A stretch of DNA of 5,976 nt from an uncultured archaeon (GTDB lineage Archaea > Iainarchaeota > Iainarchaeia > Iainarchaeales > 0-14-0-20-30-16). Position numbers and translations under genes: made by a program. The notes below the pieces were generated by a model. It had not been told where the DNA came from. It ran no database searches and worked only from the letters and a program-made list of their open reading frames with translations. Positions 1 through 5,621 of the stretch are shown here, piece after piece; position 1 is the first letter of the stretch; the number at the start of each line of letters is the position of its first letter. The DNA lies in contig CAZMCX010000049.1 of NCBI GenBank assembly GCA_964565125.1, positions 1 through 5,976 of the forward strand, given 5' to 3'.

Positions 1-29
1 AGGGAAACTGAAAAAGAAATATTTATGTT

Positions 30-296
30 ATGTATTTAAAGGTTACTTCACTAAAATATAATATGGATTTTGAGATTATAATCAACAAGGATCTAGTAAA
101 AACGGAAAGTGTAAATTTTGTAATGGGGCCAAGTTATATGTCTCCTTTTATATCGGGGGCCCTATTATTACAATTTGATAAAAATCTATCTAAATTATTA
201 ATTGCTAATGATCTTGCTTGCAACAAATTTACACCAATCAATGACCCGTTATTCTTAGATACAAAGTCATTAGATGAAAATAAGAAACAAGGGTAG
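30..296 (+). CDS. hypothetical small protein (88 aa)
   Basis: ORF-track ORF with ATG at 30, an alternative in-frame ATG at 63, and a TAG stop at 294-296. It converges on the amidohydrolase gene with 8 nt between the stops. I recognise no motif and see no clear SD. A frame-1 reading of 1..39 (..EKEIFMLCI*) could be the tail of an upstream gene overlapping this start by 10 nt. Confidence 0.35.
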   Translation: MYLKVTSLKYNMDFEIIINKDLVKTESVNFVMGPSYMSPFISGALLLQFDKNLSKLLIANDLACNKFTPINDPLFLDTKSLDENKKQG

Positions 297-304
297 AAAA
301 AATT

Positions 305-1285
305 TTAAATATTAAGGACTTTTATTGCATTCCAATAAAAAATTTTTTCTAAATCCTTTTTTTTAATATCTAAATTTTTAAATACAGCTCCCATTACATC
401 TAATTGATGATATAATAAAAAAGTTAATTCGGGCTTATTATTCAAATACCATTTTCTATCGTCCCTTTTAGTCCAAGGAAATCTTTTTTCCGTAATAAAT
501 TTATTTTGTATTTCACCGGGGGCGGCCATTATTTTTCCTTTTGTAAATGTATATGGAGAATCAGATCCATACAAGATATGTTCGGTTCCAAAACGAATTA
601 TAGCTTCTTCAAAAACATCTGGAGAAGAAACGGTTGATGTTTCTAAAAAAATGTTGCCAGATTGTTTTAATTTTCTAGATGCATTAACTACATCCATTTT
701 TGTTTGACATCCTCCCATATGTGCAAGAATTATCCTAATTTTTGGAAATTTTTCAAAGATATAGTTTAATTCAGAAATATTTTTATAATCATCGACCGGG
801 CTAATTTTAACATGAAGCATTACGGGTTTGAATGATTTATTTAATTCGTACAGAAAAGTTTCTGGTAAAAAATCTAAGATACTTATTTTCGTGTAATCTT
901 TTTTTATAAAATCATGATAAACTTTAAGGCCCTTTACTCTTGAAATTCTTAACAACTCACTTGTCTCTTTAGGATTATCTAAATTTCCTAAAACAAACGG
1001 GTTTTCACACTTCAAAGCATAATTATTGGCTTCTTTAATCTTTGTTTCTATAAATGGAAATGGAAAGGCCACATAATTTAGTTTTATTCCTGGAAGAAGC
1101 AATTTGAATATTTTTTCTAATTTTCCAATAGCCTGACTATATGCTATAGACACCCCAATACAAGATCTCTTTCTTTCAGCAGTAAGAATGCTATGATGCC
1201 TTGGCAGCCCAACATGATTATGCATATCAAAAATTTGTTTTGGTATCCAATCTAAAATTCTTTTTTGATATTCTAAATCCAACAT
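305..1285 (-). CDS. amidohydrolase-2 (PF04909-like) TIM-barrel metal-dependent hydrolase, 326 aa
   Basis: N-terminal D20-M-H22-N-H24 (DxHxH; nt 1214..1222) is followed by MLH158V, ILAH189MGG and LYGSD242SPY, with a C-terminal IFYWNAIKVL helix. The order and spacing of these metal-ligand motifs is typical of the amidohydrolase_2 family. It is the third gene on the same strand, 59 nt downstream of rSAM B. Confidence 0.8.
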   Translation of the reverse strand: MLDLEYQKRILDWIPKQIFDMHNHVGLPRHHSILTAERKRSCIGVSIAYSQAIGKLEKIFKLLLPGIKLNYVAFPFPFIETKIKEANNYALKCENPFVLGNLDNPKETSELLRISRVKGLKVYHDFIKKDYTKISILDFLPETFLYELNKSFKPVMLHVKISPVDDYKNISELNYIFEKFPKIRIILAHMGGCQTKMDVVNASRKLKQSGNIFLETSTVSSPDVFEEAIIRFGTEHILYGSDSPYTFTKGKIMAAPGEIQNKFITEKRFPWTKRDDRKWYLNNKPELTFLLYHQLDVMGAVFKNLDIKKKDLEKIFYWNAIKVLNI

Positions 1286-1333
1286 ATTTAGTTTTATTTT
1301 ACATCACCAATATTTTTATTAATTTAAAATAAC

Positions 1334-1348
1334 AAGCCAAACAGTTAT
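1334..1348. repeat. 15-nt exact direct repeat, copy 1 (aagccaaacagttat)
   Basis: Identical 15-mer to 1407..1421. This copy spans the TAA stop of rSAM B (1345-1347) and the first nucleotides of the B-C spacer. Confidence 0.7.
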
Positions 1349-2457
1349 TTTCTACAAATGTAACTTAGATTTTTATTTAACTTATTACAAATACAAGGCC
1401 TAAAAAAAGCCAAACAGTTATATTTAAATTTACAATTTTGACAAGTTGTCGACATGGCACAAAATTTTATTCTTTTTGCTTTTTGCGATAGCCATATTTT
1501 TTTTATTGATTCTTTAGTTATGTTTCCCAAACTTACGTCATGTAATGCACAGCCTTTAATCTGGCCATTAGGTTCAACATATAAATAGTTTTGTTTTTCT
1601 TGACAAATATAATGCGGCGGATTTTTTATACTGTGTAAGAATAAAGAGTCTATTTTTATGGGCATTGTTAACTTCTCTTTTTTAAAATTCTTTGCCATGT
1701 TCTTTGCTTTTTTTAAATAGTCCAAATAATTTAAATTTTTGAAAAGTTTTTTGGCATTACCAAAATTAACTAAAGAAATCAAAGTCCACGACTTTAGGTT
1801 AGTTAGTTTTAGTTTCTTAAGTTCTTTATATATATTATTTAAATTTTTTGCTGTTTTAAAATCAATCGTAGTCCTTATAACTATTGGAATATTATTTTTA
1901 TCCAAATTTTTTATGCCGTTTATTACTTTAAAATATGTCAACTTTTTACCACGCAGACGGTCATGCTTCTCTGCGACATCATCAAGACTTACAACTATTC
2001 TATTAATACAATATTTGGCTAGCTTTTTTGCAATTGTTTTAGTTATTTTTGTACCATTAGTTGAAATATCAATTCCAAGCCCAAGGCTATCTGCAAACGC
2101 AATAATGTCTAGAAAATCCGCCCTAATAAATGGTTCACCACCTGTAAAATTTACTGATAATACCCCTATATCATAAGCATCTTTTAAAATTGTTTTTATT
2201 TTTCTAAGGGACATACACTTTTTTTGGCCACCCGAAAAATTGTAACAATGCCAACAATTTAAATTACAATTAGAAGTAATACACAATCCGATTCTCTCTA
2301 AAGGCAAAAAATTAGTTTCTCTAAATGCATAGTTTTTCATAATTGATTTTTGTTTGTTTTTATCTATAATCTGATAAGCAGTATACGTTAACCTATTAAA
2401 TATAAAAAAATTTCGCTCTTTTTTGTAGTTAACTATTTGATAAAGGTTATTTAACAT
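1345..2457 (-). CDS. radical SAM / SPASM-domain enzyme B (370 aa)
   Basis: C64-NLN-C68-WH-C71 (CxxxCxxC; nt 2245..2268) and FTGGEPF (SAM-binding GGE motif). The C-terminal Cys-rich domain has C285..NG-QIKG-C303 (Gx4C) and C339-QN-C342-KFKYN-C348-LAFFRP-C355-I-C357, plus C368. Only about 60 aa precede the cluster-binding loop. Confidence 0.9.
   Translation of the reverse strand: MLNNLYQIVNYKKERNFFIFNRLTYTAYQIIDKNKQKSIMKNYAFRETNFLPLERIGLCITSNCNLNCWHCYNFSGGQKKCMSLRKIKTILKDAYDIGVLSVNFTGGEPFIRADFLDIIAFADSLGLGIDISTNGTKITKTIAKKLAKYCINRIVVSLDDVAEKHDRLRGKKLTYFKVINGIKNLDKNNIPIVIRTTIDFKTAKNLNNIYKELKKLKLTNLKSWTLISLVNFGNAKKLFKNLNYLDYLKKAKNMAKNFKKEKLTMPIKIDSLFLHSIKNPPHYICQEKQNYLYVEPNGQIKGCALHDVSLGNITKESIKKIWLSQKAKRIKFCAMSTTCQNCKFKYNCLAFFRPCICNKLNKNLSYICRK
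1407..1421. repeat. 15-nt exact direct repeat, copy 2 (aagccaaacagttat)
   Basis: Identical to 1334..1348 and offset by 73 nt. It lies inside rSAM B and encodes N347-C-L-A-F of the SPASM Cys motif. Confidence 0.7.
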
Positions 2458-3790
2458 TATTTTCCCCCCTTGTTAACCCTTTTTCTAATTCTGTTATTTC
2501 GTCCATAATACCTGATTTATACAAAAGACAAATTTCCTTATCATAATTTTCATAAATGCCATCAATGTGTAATGCATTGGCTCTACAACCAGTACCACAA
2601 AATCTAAGATATTTACAATTTTTACAATTTATATTTTTTTTAACTATGTCACAAATTTTTAGGTTTTTATATTTTTGCATTTTTTCAGATTCCCAAATTT
2701 CTTTTAATGATTGGTTTTTTATATTACCTACCGCATATTCTTTTGGCATTAATGCACAAGAAGTCACTGCCCCGTCATGCCAAATTGTAACATTATGTAA
2801 ATTATAATCACAACATAGGTCTTGAGGGGTATATTTTACGTTATAAACTTTTTTATAAAGATATCTAAACATATGGCCACATTCTAAGTCATAAGGTCTA
2901 TTATCTTTATCCCAACAAGAGATATATTTTTTATAAGCGGTTAATTCTTCATCAGATGAAACCCCTAAAGCATCTTTTGATTTTAACCACCCCCCCAATC
3001 TAAAGCCCGCATCAATTCTTACTCTAATTACATTATCATAATTTTGTATTATTTCATGTATTTTTGAAATGTTATTTAAGTTTAATTTGTTTAAAGATAT
3101 ATTTATTACTACGTTAAAATCCAAATTATTTAATGTTTCTATACCTGCCAAGGCAGATTTAAAAGCAGTTTTATTCTTACGGAAACTGTTGTGTTCATTT
3201 TCTAAGCCATCTAAAGATACATAAAATAGCGGTTTTCCCAGTTCTTTTATTTTTTTCAGAGTTTTTATTTTTTTTGACAATAATGTTCCATTGGTAAATA
3301 TATTCTCAATACGTATTTCTCTTCTATAAAAATAATTAAATACTTCTATAAGGTCTTTTCTAAGAAATGGCTCCCCCCCAGTAATAGTAATATTTAATGC
3401 AGACATATTTTGCATATCTTTTGCAAGTGTGTTTATTACTGTTTTTCCTAACTGATTTTGTTTACTATATGGTTTTATATAACAATGATAACAATTTAAA
3501 TTACATTTGGGGGTAATATGTAAAGTTGCTCGATACAAAAAGGGCCCTTTATATTTGATTATTTTGGGGGGTTGCTTTTTGTTTTCTAAGAAGCCCACAT
3601 CAACAAGATAATCTACTGTATCCAATTGATTTTTTGTCAGTTTTATTTTTTTTTTGTGTTCAAGAATAGCAACTAATTTAGTAGCAAAGGGGGAATTTAG
3701 CTCTTGTTTTTTTCCAGAATAGTAATTAAACAAATAAGTCTTATTTTTTGACATTTTTAAAGAAACATTTTTTGCCAAACAAAAATCCAT
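2447..3790 (-). CDS. radical SAM / SPASM-domain enzyme A with N-terminal RRE-like domain (447 aa)
   Basis: C96-NLN-C100-YH-C103 (nt 3482..3505) and ITGGEPF. The SPASM signature is canonical: C326/C327..HDG-AVTS-C345 (Gx4C), C389-KN-C392-KYLRF-C398-GTG-C402 (Cx2Cx5Cx3C) and downstream C421. About 95 aa precede the rSAM core. No other canonical start codon exists in frame upstream (in-frame TGA 79-81 nt upstream of the ATG). Confidence 0.9.
   Translation of the reverse strand: MDFCLAKNVSLKMSKNKTYLFNYYSGKKQELNSPFATKLVAILEHKKKIKLTKNQLDTVDYLVDVGFLENKKQPPKIIKYKGPFLYRATLHITPKCNLNCYHCYIKPYSKQNQLGKTVINTLAKDMQNMSALNITITGGEPFLRKDLIEVFNYFYRREIRIENIFTNGTLLSKKIKTLKKIKELGKPLFYVSLDGLENEHNSFRKNKTAFKSALAGIETLNNLDFNVVINISLNKLNLNNISKIHEIIQNYDNVIRVRIDAGFRLGGWLKSKDALGVSSDEELTAYKKYISCWDKDNRPYDLECGHMFRYLYKKVYNVKYTPQDLCCDYNLHNVTIWHDGAVTSCALMPKEYAVGNIKNQSLKEIWESEKMQKYKNLKICDIVKKNINCKNCKYLRFCGTGCRANALHIDGIYENYDKEICLLYKSGIMDEITELEKGLTRGENNVK
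2464..2471 (-). promoter_or_regulatory. Shine-Dalgarno-like element for rSAM B, embedded in the 3' end of rSAM A
   Basis: The minus strand reads AAGGGGGG-AAAATA-ATG, a purine/G-rich block 6 nt before B's ATG (2455..2457). Confidence 0.5.
3584..3769 (-). other. PqqD-like RiPP recognition element (RRE) domain within rSAM A (about residues 8-69)
   Basis: NVSLKMSKNKTYLFNYYSGKKQELNSPFATKLVAILEHKK...LDTVDYLVDVGFLE follows the pattern strand-strand-(S/T)G-x-x-x-x-LN-x-x-A-x-x-(I/L)-x-x-L, then a helix ending in a hydrophobic-G-hydrophobic motif. This is the pattern of PqqD/RRE winged-helix domains fused to peptide-modifying rSAM enzymes. The call rests on the pattern alone. Confidence 0.5.
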
Positions 3791-3857
3791 AATAATTAAG
3801 GGAAAGAAAGGTTTAAATAAGGTTTGTAAACAATATATAATTATAGAGGTGGAATTG
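3791..3857. promoter_or_regulatory. 67-nt divergent control region between rSAM A and the small ORF
   Basis: Contains the palindromic TTTAAA at 3812..3817, centred about 25 nt from A's ATG. TATAAT is on the + strand at 3836..3841 and TATAAT on the - strand at 3840..3845. No -35 partner is convincing on either strand. AT-rich background makes chance matches likely. Confidence 0.3.
3846..3851 (+). promoter_or_regulatory. Shine-Dalgarno (GAGGTG) for the 41-codon ORF
   Basis: aGAGGTGgaattgATG is a six-base match to the AGGAGGTG consensus, with 6 nt of spacing to the ATG at 3858. It is the clearest SD in the window. Confidence 0.55.
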
Positions 3858-3983
3858 ATGGCAAAGAATCAAGACTTTGAGCAAAAAGAAGAAAAAAAGG
3901 AATTACAAGAAAGGTTTGGGTTAAAATCAAATGAAATAATTGTTTCAAAAAAAGCATCAATGAACTCAAGCCCAGAATATTGA
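3858..3983 (+). CDS. unannotated small ORF, 41 aa: MAKNQDFEQKEEKKELQERFGLKSNEIIVSKKASMNSSPEY; candidate rSAM precursor peptide
   Basis: Hand-translated: ATG at 3858 and TGA at 3981-3983, followed immediately by an in-frame TAA. It has a strong, well-spaced SD. The + strand is purine-rich, as expected of a sense strand in AT-rich genomes. An open stretch of 41 codons is uncommon in intergenic DNA this rich in stop triplets. It sits divergent to and 67 nt from an RRE-bearing rSAM enzyme. There are no Cys, Trp or His residues. Confidence 0.45.
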   Translation: MAKNQDFEQKEEKKELQERFGLKSNEIIVSKKASMNSSPEY

Positions 3984-4019
3984 TAATTTTTTATTTTAAA
4001 AGTAAAAAACTGATTTTTT

Positions 4020-5621
4020 ATGAAATATGTCATTACTGGCGCGTTGCCTTATGTTAATTATGATTTACATTTTGGCCATGTAGTTTCTTGTTTACTTAGG
4101 CCAGACATATATAGTCGATTTCTAAGATTAAAAGGCGAACAAGTAATTTCAATTTGTGGGTCCGACGAATATGGTACCCCAATATTAGTTGCCTCAGAAC
4201 TGGAAAAAGTGACCCCCCAGGATTTATGCAATAAATATCACAAAATACAAAAAGAATGCATAACTAAATTAAACATTAATTTTGATATTTTTTCTAGAAC
4301 TACTTCTTTAGAACACAGTTTTGTTGTACAAGCATTTTATACTACTTTAAAAAATAATGGCTACATATATAAAAAAAACATAAACCAATTATTTTGTAAA
4401 AACTGTAATCGTTCTTTACCAGACAGATATGTTGAAGGAAATTGTCCTCATTGCGGGGGGCTGACAAGGGGAGATCAATGTGACTTTTGTAGTCAGTTAT
4501 TAGAACCTCACGAATTAATAGAAAACCATTGTATTGTGTGTAAAAACAAACCGGTTATAAAAACAAGCCAACACATTTTTTTTAAATTGTCGTCATTAGA
4601 TAAAAAACTAAAAAACTGGTTACTGGAAAAAAATGATTGGCCCAGTAATGCAAGAAATTATGCACTAAATTTAATAAAAACTGGGTTAAAAGATAAGGAT
4701 ATTTCTCGTGATTTATCCTGGGGAATTCCGATTCCAGACGAAGAAAATAAGGTTTTTTATGTTTGGTTTGATGCCCCAATAGGGTATATTACATTTGCTA
4801 AACAATTAGGCAAAGAAAATTGGTGGTTAGAAAAAGATACAAAAATAATTCAATTTATTGGAAAAGACAATATTCCATTTCATACAATATATTTCCCTGG
4901 AATGCTTTTGGCCCAAGGAAAATATAAATTGCCAAACATTATCTCGGCGTGTGAATTTCTTAATTATATGGGGCGTAAATTTTCAAAGAGTAAAAAAGTA
5001 GGTATTTTTTTAACTGATGCCCTTACTCTTTTCCCTGCAGATTATTGGCGTTACTATTTAGCAACAATACTACCTGAAACAAGTGATAGCTCTTTTGACT
5101 GGAAAGATTTTCAAACAATTGTAAACTGTGACTTAAATGACACAATCGGTAATTTCATAAACAGAACTATGGTTTTGGCAAAAAAATATTTTAGTTGCAA
5201 TGTAAAAAAACCACAACTTAGCGAAAATGATTTTGAATTATTAAATTTAATTTCAACAACTGTAGATTTATCTTCCACACAATTACATTCTATTAAAATA
5301 AAAAAGGCATTAACAACAATTGTGAATTTAATTAGGGCGGGAAATCAATATATAAATAAAGAAGAGCCTTGGAAAAATGACTTAAGAAGACAAAATGTAA
5401 TTTATGTTTGTTTACAGATTATAAAAGCAGCATCAATATTACTTCAACCATATATTCCAGACTCTACAAAAAAGATGCAAAAATATTTAAATCTAGATTG
5501 TAGATCTTGGGATGACGCAAAGAAACTGGAAAATTCTTTTGAATTTGACTCCAATTTTTCTATTTTATTTGATAAAATTGAGGATAAAAAAATTGAAACT
5601 TTAATTAATAACTTTACATAA
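4020..5621 (+). CDS. metG: methionyl-tRNA synthetase, core-only form (533 aa)
   Basis: HIGH motif H17-F-G-H20 (nt 4068..4079) and a KMSKS-type K320-F-S-K-S324 (nt 4977..4991). YVWFDAPIGY and GKDNIPFH match the E. coli MetRS blocks YVWLDAPIGY and GKDIVYFH. Four CxxC pairs (C126/129, C142/145, C154/157, C171/174) form the zinc-knuckle connective-peptide insertion. There is no C-terminal Trbp111/EMAPII-like appended domain and no SD before the ATG. Confidence 0.95.
   Translation: MKYVITGALPYVNYDLHFGHVVSCLLRPDIYSRFLRLKGEQVISICGSDEYGTPILVASELEKVTPQDLCNKYHKIQKECITKLNINFDIFSRTTSLEHSFVVQAFYTTLKNNGYIYKKNINQLFCKNCNRSLPDRYVEGNCPHCGGLTRGDQCDFCSQLLEPHELIENHCIVCKNKPVIKTSQHIFFKLSSLDKKLKNWLLEKNDWPSNARNYALNLIKTGLKDKDISRDLSWGIPIPDEENKVFYVWFDAPIGYITFAKQLGKENWWLEKDTKIIQFIGKDNIPFHTIYFPGMLLAQGKYKLPNIISACEFLNYMGRKFSKSKKVGIFLTDALTLFPADYWRYYLATILPETSDSSFDWKDFQTIVNCDLNDTIGNFINRTMVLAKKYFSCNVKKPQLSENDFELLNLISTTVDLSSTQLHSIKIKKALTTIVNLIRAGNQYINKEEPWKNDLRRQNVIYVCLQIIKAASILLQPYIPDSTKKMQKYLNLDCRSWDDAKKLENSFEFDSNFSILFDKIEDKKIETLINNFT

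Noticed and set aside
297-304. Bidirectional terminator between the convergent 88-aa ORF and the amidohydrolase gene
   Set aside because: Only 8 nt separate the stops. The local aaaaaatttt palindrome is A/T-only and cannot form a stable hairpin. A T6 run follows the amidohydrolase stop on the minus strand, but such runs are common in this composition.
1739-2176. 145-aa ORF on the + strand
   Set aside because: It lies entirely antisense to the well-supported rSAM B gene. Its product is Phe/Leu/Ser/Ile-rich and low-complexity, as expected from the complement of Lys/Glu/Asn-rich coding sequence. It has no SD, so it is a shadow ORF.
2556-2807. 83-aa ORF on the + strand
   Set aside because: It is antisense to the SPASM-coding part of rSAM A, with the same shadow-ORF composition and no start context.
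3841-3957. 38-aa ORF (MLFLKQLFHLILTQTFLVIPFFLLFAQSLDSLPSIPPL) on the - strand, the same strand as the rSAM genes and antisense to the 41-codon ORF
   Set aside because: It is tempting because it is co-oriented with and upstream of rSAM A. However, it has no SD (cttgagttcattgATG), and its Phe/Leu-rich composition is the mirror image of the Lys/Glu-rich + strand frame. The + strand ORF has a strong, correctly spaced SD. It is not fully excluded, and conservation analysis should score both frames.
3981-3986. Possible UGA recoding (genetic code 4 or 25) extending the small ORF
   Set aside because: There is no in-frame TGA in about 1,680 codons of the four large genes, and Trp is encoded by TGG throughout. 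The small ORF's TGA is followed immediately by an in-frame TAA, so recoding would add at most one residue.
3984-4019. T-box, riboswitch or attenuator leader upstream of metG
   Set aside because: Only 36 nt separate the small ORF from metG, and only 229 nt separate metG from rSAM A. The sequence is nearly pure A/T, with no stem-forming GC segments, specifier loop or terminator/antiterminator pair.
2464-4460. G or C homopolymer runs of 5-7 nt (2464-2469, 2990-2996, 3373-3379, 3566-3571, 4213-4218, 4455-4460) standing out from the AT-rich background, considered as phase-variation tracts
   Set aside because: Each is explained by in-frame GGG-GGG (Gly-Gly, for example the TGGEP SAM-binding motif and HCGG in MetRS) or CCC-containing Pro codons. 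All frames are intact, one such run occurs in the essential gene metG, and none sits in a promoter spacer.
4582-4779. 65-aa ORF on the - strand
   Set aside because: It is antisense, inside metG, which is supported by motifs along its whole length. It is a shadow ORF.
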